A stretch of 64,000 bases of DNA from Candidatus Bathyarchaeota archaeon (GCA_963739305.1 CAVTZU010000032.1:11149-75148); one strand, 5' to 3'. Shown: positions 49,725-60,332, numbered from the stretch's first letter. Notes: generated by a model from the sequence alone, not told the origin. Numbers and translations are program-made.

Positions 49725-50617
49725 AAGGACTAGATGTGAAGGTAAACAATCTCGTCAAAGCATACCGACTTGGCAAGATTGAAGTGCAGGCTCTCAGGGG
49801 GTTGAACATGGAGGTGGGCGCTGGCGAATTTGTGGCCATAATAGGGCCTAGCGGTAGTGGAAAGACCACTCTGCTCAACATATTGGGAGGTTTAGATGCT
49901 GCAACGGCGGGCACGGTGCAAATCGGAAGTATAAATCTGACTAGCATGAACACGACACAGCTTGTCGATTACAGGCGAGAAACGGTTGGTCACATATTCC
50001 AAACATTAAACCTGATTCCAACGTTGACCGCGACCGAAAACATTGAACTTCCAATGATTGCACGTGGTGTTTCAAGAGGAAAAAGGAAAGAACGAGTGCA
50101 AGAGCTTCTTGGAATAGTCGGGCTAACCGATCGTCGCAACCATAAACCCGAAGAACTTAGCGGGGGAGAACAGCAACGTGTGGCCATGGCCGCAGCACTT
50201 GCGAACGACGCGCCGATTGTCTTGGCTGATGAGCCTACGGGCGAGTTGGACACTGTCAACGCGAAAATAGTGGTGGACTATCTGTTGAAGGTTAACAGGG
50301 AATTGAATAAGACCGTTGTAATGGTTACACATGATCCGAGCGTTGCTAGAAGAACCGACAGGATTTTGCGCATAGAGGACGGCGTGATTAAGATGGCTTC
50401 GGCTCCGACTGAAATGACTGGCGAGGAAGAAGCAGTGTCATTTGTTGATCAATTGAGGACCAGAATACGAGAAATAGATGCACAAACGGTGCGATTGGAC
50501 GAGGATTTTAAGTCCAGTAAAATCAGCGGTGATGAATACGTGGAAAAGAGGCAGAGTCTCAAGAGAACTAGAGACAGTTTGAGAGAGGAACTGCACCGAA
50601 TGGGCGTCGTAATCTAG
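49721..50617 (+). CDS. ABC transporter ATP-binding protein (LolD/MacB-like) with C-terminal extension
   Basis: GPSGSGKT, LSGGEQQRV, ADEPTGELD, VTHD. Confidence 0.94.
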   Translation: MKGLDVKVNNLVKAYRLGKIEVQALRGLNMEVGAGEFVAIIGPSGSGKTTLLNILGGLDAATAGTVQIGSINLTSMNTTQLVDYRRETVGHIFQTLNLIPTLTATENIELPMIARGVSRGKRKERVQELLGIVGLTDRRNHKPEELSGGEQQRVAMAAALANDAPIVLADEPTGELDTVNAKIVVDYLLKVNRELNKTVVMVTHDPSVARRTDRILRIEDGVIKMASAPTEMTGEEEAVSFVDQLRTRIREIDAQTVRLDEDFKSSKISGDEYVEKRQSLKRTRDSLREELHRMGVVI

Positions 50618-50852
50618 TAACCAATTTAGGAACGTTGATGATTTTTCTGTCTATCAACGGCTCTTCATGACTGCGATGAATTAGCAGATGAAACAGAATC
50701 CAGATGCTATGAGGAAATTCTCCACTGAATTCCAGCACCAATAACGTGTTTCCAGACTTGTTGGTTTTCAAGCGGAAATTATAAATCTGCAAATAAATAA
50801 TAGATTGTAAACAGTTCGATATTTGACTCATCTTTGTATAAGGGGGTTAACT

Positions 50853-51611
50853 ATGAGCACTCACGCAGAAGACCTAAAACTTCGTTTGATGACGATTGAG
50901 TTGCTGAGAACGGCAAAGTACAAAAGAAACATCACCTATCGCGAACTCGCTTCCAAGACTGGATTGCCAGTTACGGTGCTGAGCAGGTACGCTAAGGGAC
51001 ATGTTTTGCCCAACACGGCAAGAGCGAAACAGCTCTGGAAGGTTCTTACGAAACTCGTAGGACTAGAAACAGAGCTTCGCAGTCGAATAAAGTTTGATGA
51101 AGATGGGTATTTCGATAACACCGAGATCATAGGCGACTTCAACATTCTGCAACAAGCGGCTAATCATGCTCTCGCCAACTTTGCAGGAAAGAGAGTGACA
51201 AAGGTTCTGTCAGCCGCAGTTGACGGCATACCACTTGCAACGATGGTTGCTAACGCTCTGGGGGTGAATCTTGTCATCGCAAAACGAAGCAAAGAAGTCG
51301 GCGTTAAAGCCTTCTTTGAAGAAACATACATACTTCTGAAAGGTTCAGGCGTAACAAGCACCATCTACATTCCAAGGGAATCTGTCAAGAAACGTGACAG
51401 CGTGCTGATCGTTGATGACATGATCAAGAGCGGCGAGACTCAAGCAGCCCTCGTTAATCTTGTGCGCAAGGCAAAAGCGGAGCTGTCAGGGGTGTTTTCA
51501 CTGATAGCCGTAGGCGAGGAATGGAAGAAAACGTTGAAGCTTTCAGGTGAGTGTCCAGTAGAAGTAATAACCTACGTCAAATCGCCTTACGACCAGAGCA
51601 CTCGATACTAG
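50853..51611 (+). CDS. HTH + phosphoribosyltransferase domain protein (PurR-like)
   Basis: TYRELASKTGLPVTVLSRY HTH; VLIVDDMIKSGET PRPP loop. Confidence 0.85.
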   Translation: MSTHAEDLKLRLMTIELLRTAKYKRNITYRELASKTGLPVTVLSRYAKGHVLPNTARAKQLWKVLTKLVGLETELRSRIKFDEDGYFDNTEIIGDFNILQQAANHALANFAGKRVTKVLSAAVDGIPLATMVANALGVNLVIAKRSKEVGVKAFFEETYILLKGSGVTSTIYIPRESVKKRDSVLIVDDMIKSGETQAALVNLVRKAKAELSGVFSLIAVGEEWKKTLKLSGECPVEVITYVKSPYDQSTRY

Positions 51612-52304
51612 CTATAGAAAAGACGGTTTTTTCCCCTTTCGAACGTAATCCTTGCCCAGTCTTAATAGGGCTGTTTCAAAATTCACGTACGAGTACCCCG
51701 TGATCTCGTGCGCGCTCCAGTAATCCTTCAGTTGCTTCAAAGAACTCATCGCATGTTCTGACCGCTTCACTATGCCACACCATTCAGCTGCCCGAACGAC
51801 GAGCGGAGTCGGATCTGGATCAGCCTTCTTCCAAATGCCTCGAAGCTCTCTCAGGAAAATCCCGACGGTGACGTCTCCGATGCCTTTGCCCAGACTGAGT
51901 CTGACCTCCAAATCTCGCGGACCCGCGGCTTGAGCGTGGACTCGATTAAGGCTTCCAGAGTAATTTTCACGCAAATTTCGCATTACAAGTTGAAGCTTGT
52001 CTGCTGTTTTAAAGTCGTAGCGCACGTAACCTCCCTCGTCCAACGTCTTGACAAGTCCATCCCAACCCGTGTCTAGAATTCTCTTCAGAGTCAAGGTTTT
52101 GTCCTTCTCAAAACAATGGTAGGTTTTGATGGCTAAGGATTCAGTGATGGGTGCACCAAAAAGCACAGATGCAAGAAACCATTTGAAGACCTCCTCCTCC
52201 GAGCCTCCTGAAAGATCGATTCCCAAAAGCTCAGAGTACGTCATGCCCAGACTATCCATGAGATCTTTCAGCTGCTGCTTTTTCATGATGTTCTCCTCCA
52301 ACAA
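51612..52304 (-). CDS. helix-hairpin-helix (EndoIII-like fold) hypothetical protein
   Basis: FKWFLASVLFG, GGYVRYD, GKGIGDVTVGIFLRELR. Confidence 0.7.
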   Translation of the reverse strand: MLEENIMKKQQLKDLMDSLGMTYSELLGIDLSGGSEEEVFKWFLASVLFGAPITESLAIKTYHCFEKDKTLTLKRILDTGWDGLVKTLDEGGYVRYDFKTADKLQLVMRNLRENYSGSLNRVHAQAAGPRDLEVRLSLGKGIGDVTVGIFLRELRGIWKKADPDPTPLVVRAAEWCGIVKRSEHAMSSLKQLKDYWSAHEITGYSYVNFETALLRLGKDYVRKGKKPSFL

Positions 52305-52347
52305 GCCTTATACGGTCAACTCATAAACGATTTACGAGGATTAACCT

Positions 52348-53367
52348 GTGCGGACCATAGAATGGCGGAACGGAACCGTCGTAACGATAGATCAGACCAA
52401 ACTTCCAAACGAAGAAGTAACCGTCACCATTAGGGACTGCAACGAAATGGCGGAAGCCATACGAACCATGAAGATCCGCGGCGCACCCCTCCTCGGCGCT
52501 GCGGCAGCCTATGCATTAGCGTTGACAGCCTGCAACTCAAGAGCATCAAGCAGAGAAACACTCCTCAGTGAATTGGAAGGAGCTGCAGAAACGATCAGAC
52601 GCACACGTCCGACCGCGGTTAACCTCTTCTGGGCGCTCGACAGGATTCTAGACAAAGCCCGAAAATTAAGCGGAAACCAAAAGGATTTGGCAAAGTTTGT
52701 TACTGAAGAGGCAAAGAAAATCGCTGACGAGGATGCTGCAGCAAACCAGGCCATCGGCAAGCATGGAGCCAACCTCATCAAAGGCGGAGACGTTATCCTC
52801 ACGCACTGCAACGCTGGAGCGTTGGCTACGGTCGAGTATGGCACTGCTCTGGGCGTCATCCGCGCGGCGTGGAAACAAGGGAAGCGTATAAGAGTCTTTG
52901 CGGATGAGACACGTCCTCTTCTGCAAGGAGCAAGGCTGACCGTGTACGAGTTGAAGAAGGAAGGAATACCTGTGACTCTGATCACGGACGGAATGGTCGG
53001 ATTCGTGATGCAGAAGGGGATGATCAGCAAAGTAATAGTTGGGGCAGACAGGATTGTGAAAGACGCCATCATAAACAAGATCGGAACCTACACGGTTGCA
53101 GTCTTGGCCAAAGAGCACGAGGTCCCGTTCTACGTTGCCGCGCCCACCTCAACGTTCGATCTTACTCGTTCTTCAAAAGACGTCGTCATTGAGGAAAGGA
53201 ACTCGGAGGAGGTTACTCATATAGGCGCCAGACGAATCACGGCTGAAGGAGTTGATGTGTTCAATCCCGCGTTTGACATTACGCCTCTTAAATACGTGAC
53301 TGCAATAATAAGCGAAAAAGGCGTCTTCTCGCCAAAGTCGTTAAGCAAATATAAAGCCAACAGCTAA
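52348..53367 (+). CDS. mtnA: methylthioribose-1-phosphate isomerase
   Basis: IRGAP, RPTAVNL, THCNAG, ETRPLLQG, NKIGT, NPAFD. Confidence 0.94.
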   Translation: MRTIEWRNGTVVTIDQTKLPNEEVTVTIRDCNEMAEAIRTMKIRGAPLLGAAAAYALALTACNSRASSRETLLSELEGAAETIRRTRPTAVNLFWALDRILDKARKLSGNQKDLAKFVTEEAKKIADEDAAANQAIGKHGANLIKGGDVILTHCNAGALATVEYGTALGVIRAAWKQGKRIRVFADETRPLLQGARLTVYELKKEGIPVTLITDGMVGFVMQKGMISKVIVGADRIVKDAIINKIGTYTVAVLAKEHEVPFYVAAPTSTFDLTRSSKDVVIEERNSEEVTHIGARRITAEGVDVFNPAFDITPLKYVTAIISEKGVFSPKSLSKYKANS

Positions 53368-53404
53368 CAAGAAAACCCTGACTTTGAAACAGTTGTGGAA
53401 TCAA

Positions 53405-53962
53405 ATGAGCAAGAAAGAAAATATTCCAGCCCAAAATTCGGAACTTGCAATCGAAGGCCTGCTTGTTGACAGAGGAGTGCGCGTAACGAAGAAACAGTCT
53501 GCGGATGAACTGTCTTCAAGAGGGTACGGCGTCGCCGAAGGAAAGGCACTATTGCTCACACATTACGAGGCTCTTTACCTCTTAGACAAGCAGATGTTGA
53601 AGGTGGAGGACGAAGAAGGCTCTAAAGTAGATTTTCAGAAGCTTGTACAACATTATGAAAATATCAATGAAAACGCTTGGGCAGGTTATTTGGTCTATCG
53701 TGATCTGAGAAGCCGCGGTTATGTTGTTCGAGAAGGCTTCGGCTCCAAAGTTGACTTTCGCGTTTATGACCGAGGAGACTACAGCAAAGACGCTGCGAAG
53801 TATCTGATCGTAAGCGTTCAAGAAGGGAAGCCGATCTCGATTCAGGACCTCTCGAACTCGTTGACAGAAAGCCTCAGCCTCAAAAAAGAACTCATCTTGG
53901 CAGTGATAAATCGCAGGGGAGAAATAGTTTATTATTCCGTGTCTGAACTGACCTTGAAATAA
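53405..53962 (+). CDS. endA: tRNA-splicing endonuclease, probably the structural (beta) subunit
   Basis: EALYL, VYRDLRSRGYVV, DFRVY; lacks KFG and the catalytic His. Confidence 0.85.
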   Translation: MSKKENIPAQNSELAIEGLLVDRGVRVTKKQSADELSSRGYGVAEGKALLLTHYEALYLLDKQMLKVEDEEGSKVDFQKLVQHYENINENAWAGYLVYRDLRSRGYVVREGFGSKVDFRVYDRGDYSKDAAKYLIVSVQEGKPISIQDLSNSLTESLSLKKELILAVINRRGEIVYYSVSELTLK

Positions 53963-53980
53963 CGTCTGGAGAAAATCAAA

Positions 53981-55270
53981 ATGTCCGAGTTCAAGACCCT
54001 CCGCGGGATGCGTGATCTTTTGCCTGAAGAAGCAAGAATGATGATTTCCATTCAAGACAGTGCGAGAAGGGTAGCTGGCCTCTACGGGTACAAGGAGATC
54101 ATAACGCCGGTCGTTGAAACATACGAACTTCTGGCAGCAAAGGCAGGGGATGAAGTTAGATCTCGCATGTTCGCATTCAAAGATTTAGGTGGACGAGACG
54201 TGGCTTTGCGCCCTGAGTTCACGGCGTCAGTGGCTAGGCTTGTGGCGACCACTCTCAAGAATGAGGCCAAGCCTTTTAGGATTTTTTGCATTGGCAGTGT
54301 GTATCGGTATGATGAACCGCAGCGAGGACGACACCGGGAGTTCTGGCAATCAGACTACGAACTCATAGGTACAAGCAGACCTGAAGCTGATGCTGAAATC
54401 TTGATGCTGACAGACCGTCTTATGCGGAAAGCCCGACTGAAGGACGTTGCAATGAAAATCGGTCACGTTGGCGTCATTCGTGGCATTCTGAGCCAGGAAA
54501 GAGTGGAAGACAAGGAGCAGAACGCGGTCATGCAGTTGATGGACAAGAAGGAGTACGACGGCGCCATCAGTCTCGCTGAAAAGGCGGGGATATCAGAGAA
54601 GTGTGTGAAGGTTCTTCGGCAGTTGGTTCAATGCAAAGGCAACTCTGTTTTCGAAGTCATTGATCGAATGAAAGAGTTGGTTAAAGACTATGGAAAGTCG
54701 CTTGAATCTGCTGAGAACCTAAGGCAAATTCTCGAACTTGTTTCTAGAAGTGACGGCATAATCAACATGAGTGTCGATGCGGGGTTCGCAAGAGGACTCG
54801 AGTATTACACCGGAATGGTTTTTGAGATATTCATTCCCAACCTGGACATAGCACTGGGAGGCGGAGGTCGGTACGATAAGCTCGTCGAACTGTTCGGCGG
54901 CGAGTCCACCCCGGCCGTGGGGGTTGCTCACGGCCTGGATCGCGTTATGCTCGGGCTGCAGAACCAGAAAATGAGTCCGAAAGCAGAGGGGAGAAAGACT
55001 GTTTTTGTTCTTCCAATCAAGGAGGAACAGAGAGCAGATGCGCTGAAGATTTCCAAGTTGCTCAGAGATTCTGGTATAATGGTTGAGGATGAAGTAATGG
55101 GACGCAAGATGACGAAAGCCCTGGAAGATGCGGACCGAAGGAAGATGGACTATGCGATAATTGTTGGAGAGCGAGAGCTCAAGGAAGAATCCGTTGTAAT
55201 CCGTGACTTGAAGAAAAGGCAACAGCGTACGGTGAAGATTGCCAAGGTATTGGATGAGTTAAAGACTTGA
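53981..55270 (+). CDS. hisS: histidine--tRNA ligase
   Basis: RGMRD, LRPEFT, YRYDEPQRGRHREF, RGLEYYTG, GGGRYD. Confidence 0.97.
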   Translation: MSEFKTLRGMRDLLPEEARMMISIQDSARRVAGLYGYKEIITPVVETYELLAAKAGDEVRSRMFAFKDLGGRDVALRPEFTASVARLVATTLKNEAKPFRIFCIGSVYRYDEPQRGRHREFWQSDYELIGTSRPEADAEILMLTDRLMRKARLKDVAMKIGHVGVIRGILSQERVEDKEQNAVMQLMDKKEYDGAISLAEKAGISEKCVKVLRQLVQCKGNSVFEVIDRMKELVKDYGKSLESAENLRQILELVSRSDGIINMSVDAGFARGLEYYTGMVFEIFIPNLDIALGGGGRYDKLVELFGGESTPAVGVAHGLDRVMLGLQNQKMSPKAEGRKTVFVLPIKEEQRADALKISKLLRDSGIMVEDEVMGRKMTKALEDADRRKMDYAIIVGERELKEESVVIRDLKKRQQRTVKIAKVLDELKT

Positions 55271-55750
55271 AGTCTTTTTGGAAGTGCGCGTCTCTCTTCT
55301 AAGAAAGTCGCCTACATCCAGGAGGTTCTTGATCACAACCCCGTCTTTGGCCTTTTCAAGATCGCAAATGATTCTCCCAAAACCGAGGCACTCGTGATTT
55401 TGATTCAGAACTATGGTGTAGTCCCCTTTTTTTCCTAATCCTGTCACGTTAACGATCCCTTGTTTGAACACGTCTCTTCCACATACGAACAACCACTCAC
55501 TCTTCTTGTCGACGACAATTTTGTTCGAATGCTTCTCAGCAATCAATCTCAAAAGCTCGAAGCCGGGGAAAAATTTCCCGTTTCTCGTTTCTCCGAGAAA
55601 AGAACCAGCGTAAATGAAACTTTTCGGCATCGTCCTCTTTAGGTTCTCGTTAATCAGAAAATACCTGTTTTCCTTCTTCACAACCAAATTCTCATCTACA
55701 CCAATCTTTGCACCGAAACGATTCGCAAAATCACGAATTCCTCTAATCAT
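55259..55750 (-). CDS. NIP7-like PUA-domain ribosome biogenesis protein
   Basis: EWLFVCGRDV...LGFG...DVGDFLR; coupled to the RsmB/NOP2 gene. Confidence 0.8.
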   Translation of the reverse strand: MIRGIRDFANRFGAKIGVDENLVVKKENRYFLINENLKRTMPKSFIYAGSFLGETRNGKFFPGFELLRLIAEKHSNKIVVDKKSEWLFVCGRDVFKQGIVNVTGLGKKGDYTIVLNQNHECLGFGRIICDLEKAKDGVVIKNLLDVGDFLRRETRTSKKTSSL

Positions 55751-56636
55751 GCCGATTAGCCTTCTCCAACCTGCAGAGAAAGAAACCTTGCGTCTCGCCC
55801 GGCCAGATTCTTCTGCAATTTTCCACTGACTTGTCCAGGCGGAGACCGAAAATGTCGGTGAGCCCATTCTGACCATAGCAGTCAATTTTCTTCACTCTGA
55901 GGTTCAGGTTCCTTGTCGTCCAGTCAATGTTTAACTCGTTTTCCTCAGGTTCCAATGAACACGTCGAATAAACGATTTCTCCGTCATCTTTCAGCATTTT
56001 TGTGGTGGCCGCAAGTATTTGTCTTTGCAGGGCTGCATTTCTCCGCACGTCCCGTATCGTTCTTCTTTCAAACCATCCTTTGTCCATTGTGAAGTTGCCT
56101 GAACAGGGCACGTCGAGAAGTATGCAGTCGTACGTTGTGTTCAGCTGGGACACGTTCCTTGCGTCTTTCTGGTAAACTGCCGTGTTTCTGACGCGGCATC
56201 TCTCGAGCTGGTTCGAAAGTGCGATGAGCCGCTGTTTTTCGGTGTCTAATGCGATTATCATTCCAGTGTTAAACATTAGGTCCGCCAGTTGTGTCGTTTT
56301 TCCTCCCGGAGCTGCACAGGCGTCAAGGACTGTTTTTCCCTGCAATTCGGTGAAGAGTGTTGCGGGAATCTGCGCCGCGGCTTCCTGAATTGAGTACAAG
56401 CCTAAGAGATATTCGGATGTTGCGCCCGCGGAGAATCTGGCTTTTTCAACCCAGTATCCGTCCTGAAGAAAAGGGATTTTTGAGAGGACGAGTTCCCGAT
56501 CTCGCAGTCTTTTAACTGCATCGGAAAGATTTTTGGCGTTAGAAACGTTTATCCTTATTGCTTGTTTTGAGTCGACGTCTTTGATTTCCCAGCCCATTTT
56601 TTTGTAACGTTCTATGAAGAATTGTCTGCCAGACAT
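55743..56636 (-). CDS. RsmB/NOP2 family RNA m5C methyltransferase
   Basis: DACAAPGGKT, DVPCSG, YSTCS, ENE. Confidence 0.93.
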   Translation of the reverse strand: MSGRQFFIERYKKMGWEIKDVDSKQAIRINVSNAKNLSDAVKRLRDRELVLSKIPFLQDGYWVEKARFSAGATSEYLLGLYSIQEAAAQIPATLFTELQGKTVLDACAAPGGKTTQLADLMFNTGMIIALDTEKQRLIALSNQLERCRVRNTAVYQKDARNVSQLNTTYDCILLDVPCSGNFTMDKGWFERRTIRDVRRNAALQRQILAATTKMLKDDGEIVYSTCSLEPEENELNIDWTTRNLNLRVKKIDCYGQNGLTDIFGLRLDKSVENCRRIWPGETQGFFLCRLEKANRHD

Positions 56637-56698
56637 TGACGATAGTTGATGCGGTTGCTCATAAAAACTTGGTGTCAAGCCGGGTTTAGCACGAGCTC

Positions 56699-59431
56699 TT
56701 ATTTGGAGAGTCTTCGGGTGACCCATTTCCTGATTTCTTCGGCGAGAATCACGATTCCTGCCAGCATAAATAGAAACGCCCAGTCTAACGGTCCAAGGCC
56801 CGTTGTTCCGAAGAATTGCTGCAGTATAGGAATGTAAACCATCGCAGAGATTATCGTAATCTGTGAAGCTATGCCAAGCCAAATCCACTTGTTGCTCTTT
56901 ACGCTCGTTCTGAAAACGGAAGCTTTGCTTGTTCTGCTGACGAAAACGTTACCGACCTGTGCGATGACGATTCCGGCGAAGGTCATGGTTGTTCCTTTGA
57001 CATAAGCGACCTGATCTGGAACTTGCGACATGCCAAGATGCCACCCACCCGCTTGCCAAGTCATCAGGCATCCTATCATCGCTCCAGTAGCTATGATCGC
57101 ACCGATGTAGAGAGATCGGAGGAAAACTTCGCCGTTGAAGAGTCGCTCTTTGATTCCTCGAGGTCCTTCCTGCATTATTCCAGGCTCAGGGGGCTCTCGG
57201 CTCAGCGCGAGTGAAGGAATAACGTCTATGCCCAAATCAATGGCCAAAACCTGCACGACTAGCAACGGCAGAGGAATTCCCAGCACCACGTAAAGAACAT
57301 ATGGGATTAGTTCTCCCCAATTATGTGAGAATACGTAGATGATGAATTTCCTGAGGTTCTCGTATATCGCCCGGCCAGATTCGACGGCTTTCACTATTGA
57401 GGCGAAGCTGTCGTCCAGCAATATCATGTCAGCTGCCTCCCTTGCCACATCCGTGCCTGATAATCCCATTGCTATGCCGATGTCTGCTTCCTTCAAAGAA
57501 GGCGCGTCATTAGCTCCGTCACCGGTGACGGCTACGACCTCACCTTTTTTCTTGAGAACTGTAACAATTCGTAGTTTCTGTTCTGGAGAAACTCTTGCGA
57601 AGATTATGTCACTTTTCTTCACTTCGTCGTATATCTGCTGGTCGCTCAAAGCTTCCAGGTCAACGCCTCGAATTATGCGGCTGTTTTCATAGCCTGCGAT
57701 TCCAACTTCTTCAGCTATTGCAAGTGCCGTAGGGCCGTAGTCGCCGGTGATGATGATAACTCTTATTCCGGCTTGTTTGGCTAGCTTTACTGCCTGAGGA
57801 ACTTCTGGGCGTGGTGGGTCTTTCATTCCGGCAAGCCCGACGAGTATCATGTCTTTTTCAACGATCTGCTTCACATCTTGGTACTCTGTTTCGGGAAGTT
57901 CGGTGTAAGCAGCAGCGATGACTCGCAGACCGTCATCCGCGAATTCGTGCAGCTTTTTTTCCGTGGATGAGAGATATTCCTTCGTTAGGGGCACTATCTG
58001 GTCGCCGATCAAGATTCTATTGCATATTGAAAGGATGCTTCGTGGTGCTCCCTTGGTGTAGATATACACTTTGTGATCGTGCTTGTGAACCGTTGTGGTC
58101 CTTTTGCGTTCAGAATCAAATGGAAGTATGTGGACTATGGGCTTCTCGGCTTGAGCCCTTTTGAGGATAAGCCCGTGCTTCAGTGCGGCGACGAGGAGTG
58201 CGCCGTCAGTCGGGTCTCCGACAACGTTCCATGACCTGTTCCGGTCCGACGGCGGTTCAATCTTTGCGCTGTTGCAGAGGGCGGAGACTTCAAGTAGTCT
58301 TTCAACTGTGCTTGATTCTTCCTTTGCTAATGGCATGTTGTTCTGCGTGAAATCGCCGATCGGGTTGTTTCCGACGCCTGAAACGTCGATGGTTTTGTCG
58401 TGTACCCAGATTTTCTTTACTGTCATTTCTCCTTTTGTGATTGTTCCAGTCTTGTCAGTGCATATCATGGTTACGCTGCCGAGAGTCTGGACCGAAGACA
58501 ACCGCTTCACAAGAACGTTCTGTTTGACCATTTTGAGAACGTTTATTGCCAGCGCGCTGGAGACCGTTACTTGCAGTCCTTCTGGAACAAGGCATACCAT
58601 GACACCGATCATGAATAGGATGCTGGTTAGCAAGGTTGTGTGTAGAAGAATCATGCTTACTACGAGGAAGATGACTCCAACGGTTATTGCGAGGATGAAG
58701 TCGTATTTTGCGGTGTAGGCGATTTCCTTCTGAAGAGGGCTTTGTTCCTCGGTAATTTCCTGCGTCAACCCAGCGATCTGTCCGAACTTCGTGTCCATGC
58801 CCGTCTTGATTACGATTGCTTTGCCTTGTCCCTTTGCGACGCTTGTGCTCATGAAAACGAAGTTTGGTACGTCAATATATGCGGTGTCTGTTTCCTCAAC
58901 AGGCTCGGTTGTTCGAGGCTGAGGTTCGGATTCGCCCGTTAATGGAACGTTGTTTGTCCACAGTTCATAGGCTTCGAAAAGTCTGGCGTCGGCCGGTACC
59001 CGATCGCCTTCCTCCAAGACTATGATGTCGCCGGGCACGAGGTCTCTTACTAGTATTTTCTTGAGTTCACAGTCCCGGATGACTTTTGTGTATTCAGGCA
59101 TCCAGCTTTTCAGCGTATCCATGGCTTTTTCTGCTCGCCACTCTTGGAAGAGACTGAAGACGCTGTTGACCAGGACGACTGCGAGGATGATTATGCTCAT
59201 TGAGCGGTCGACGAAGACTGCAAGCAAGCTTGCGATAAGCAGTAGAACGGAGAAGAGGTCTTTGAGTTGTGCAAGGAACCTGTAGATTATGGGCACGTGC
59301 TTCTTCTCAACGAGAACGTTGAAACCGTGCTTGGCTAAGCGTTTGTTCGCTTCTTCCGTGCTGAGTCCAGACTGTCCAGTCTGCATCGCTTCAAAAACTT
59401 CTTTGATCTGCAGATTGGCAGCGTCCCTCAA
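56699..59431 (-). CDS. cation-transporting P-type ATPase (type II)
   Basis: TGES, PEGL, DKTGT, KGAP, TGD, GDGAND. Confidence 0.95.
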   Translation of the reverse strand: MRDAANLQIKEVFEAMQTGQSGLSTEEANKRLAKHGFNVLVEKKHVPIIYRFLAQLKDLFSVLLLIASLLAVFVDRSMSIIILAVVLVNSVFSLFQEWRAEKAMDTLKSWMPEYTKVIRDCELKKILVRDLVPGDIIVLEEGDRVPADARLFEAYELWTNNVPLTGESEPQPRTTEPVEETDTAYIDVPNFVFMSTSVAKGQGKAIVIKTGMDTKFGQIAGLTQEITEEQSPLQKEIAYTAKYDFILAITVGVIFLVVSMILLHTTLLTSILFMIGVMVCLVPEGLQVTVSSALAINVLKMVKQNVLVKRLSSVQTLGSVTMICTDKTGTITKGEMTVKKIWVHDKTIDVSGVGNNPIGDFTQNNMPLAKEESSTVERLLEVSALCNSAKIEPPSDRNRSWNVVGDPTDGALLVAALKHGLILKRAQAEKPIVHILPFDSERKRTTTVHKHDHKVYIYTKGAPRSILSICNRILIGDQIVPLTKEYLSSTEKKLHEFADDGLRVIAAAYTELPETEYQDVKQIVEKDMILVGLAGMKDPPRPEVPQAVKLAKQAGIRVIIITGDYGPTALAIAEEVGIAGYENSRIIRGVDLEALSDQQIYDEVKKSDIIFARVSPEQKLRIVTVLKKKGEVVAVTGDGANDAPSLKEADIGIAMGLSGTDVAREAADMILLDDSFASIVKAVESGRAIYENLRKFIIYVFSHNWGELIPYVLYVVLGIPLPLLVVQVLAIDLGIDVIPSLALSREPPEPGIMQEGPRGIKERLFNGEVFLRSLYIGAIIATGAMIGCLMTWQAGGWHLGMSQVPDQVAYVKGTTMTFAGIVIAQVGNVFVSRTSKASVFRTSVKSNKWIWLGIASQITIISAMVYIPILQQFFGTTGLGPLDWAFLFMLAGIVILAEEIRKWVTRRLSK

Positions 59432-59722
59432 AACGACACACCTACCTCAAAAACCCTTGCAAACAGAGAAGTCAGAATTCTCTTGGGAAACTTTTCTGGT
59501 TCATGCTGTCTCCTATGAGGAGCGCGATGTTTGGAATGTTCATGGACAGCATGCTTCTTTCTGAAGTGGACATTTTGATCACATATAGAGAGCGTTGTTC
59601 ACAATGGCAAAGGCTTGGATTTAAGCTGTTCGGCATGGTACGTGAGGTTTTGGGCGAAAAGAGTCTAGTTTTCGGCGGTTTCGATGCAAATTTTAAATGG
59701 CAAGAATAGTAAAACCACACGC

Positions 59723-60184
59723 ATGGGTGATTCGATGAGGGGCCATTATGCTTTTGTGATGATGGTTCAGGAGAAGTATTGGATCAGGTATCGTGATCGA
59801 CGCCATGATGGAAAAATGGTTCAAGCCTATGTCGCGAGAGGTACAGCTCCCCCGAAGAACGCTCGAATCTTGCTGTTTTATGTGAGCAGACCTGTCAAGG
59901 CGATTTGCGGTTATGCGAAATTCGTTGGGCGGGAAGTTGGTGATTCTCAAGTGCTATGGAGGAAACGCAGTGATGATTCTGTGCTTGGATCCGATGGGGA
60001 GTATGAGCAATTCACAGGTGCATCGCCATGTGTCTCTTTCATTAGGTTCACTGATTTGTGTGAAGCTTCTAATCCCATATCTTTGAAGAATTTATTGGCG
60101 TTTTTCGCTGTCAAAAGGCTTTCTAGGAAAGGGTTTTACGTGGGTAAAGAGGCTGCCGAAAGGTTGATTTTAATGATGATGTGA
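59723..60184 (+). CDS. EVE/ASCH/PUA-like domain protein
   Basis: LLFYVSRPVKAICGYA and FxDLxxxxNPISL patterns typical of the PUA-like superfamily. Confidence 0.6.
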   Translation: MGDSMRGHYAFVMMVQEKYWIRYRDRRHDGKMVQAYVARGTAPPKNARILLFYVSRPVKAICGYAKFVGREVGDSQVLWRKRSDDSVLGSDGEYEQFTGASPCVSFIRFTDLCEASNPISLKNLLAFFAVKRLSRKGFYVGKEAAERLILMMM

Positions 60185-60231
60185 CTCGGGCAAGTCTCGG
60201 ATTGCCTTTAGGCATTGTTCAAATTGCTCGG

Positions 60232-60245
60232 CAAAAAGTTAATAG
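60232..60245 (+). promoter_or_regulatory. BRE/TATA promoter of EF-2 gene
   Basis: purine-rich AAAAAG followed by TTTAATA about 90 nt upstream of the start. Confidence 0.45.
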
Positions 60246-60332
60246 GTCGCCGTTTTTACTTGCATGTAGCTTATCTTTGGGCGGTTGAAACTGTTTTCAA
60301 GGTTTCTTCTGCTGTTGTAAGAGGGTTTGAAT

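Noticed and set aside
50635-50730. C/D-box-like sRNA (TGATGA...CTGA)
   Set aside because: Too long for a typical archaeal guide, no clear D'/C' pair or terminal stem, and no target identifiable by eye
59472-59720. Short ORFs between the P-type ATPase and the EVE-like gene
   Set aside because: No motifs; region is likely a divergent promoter spacer
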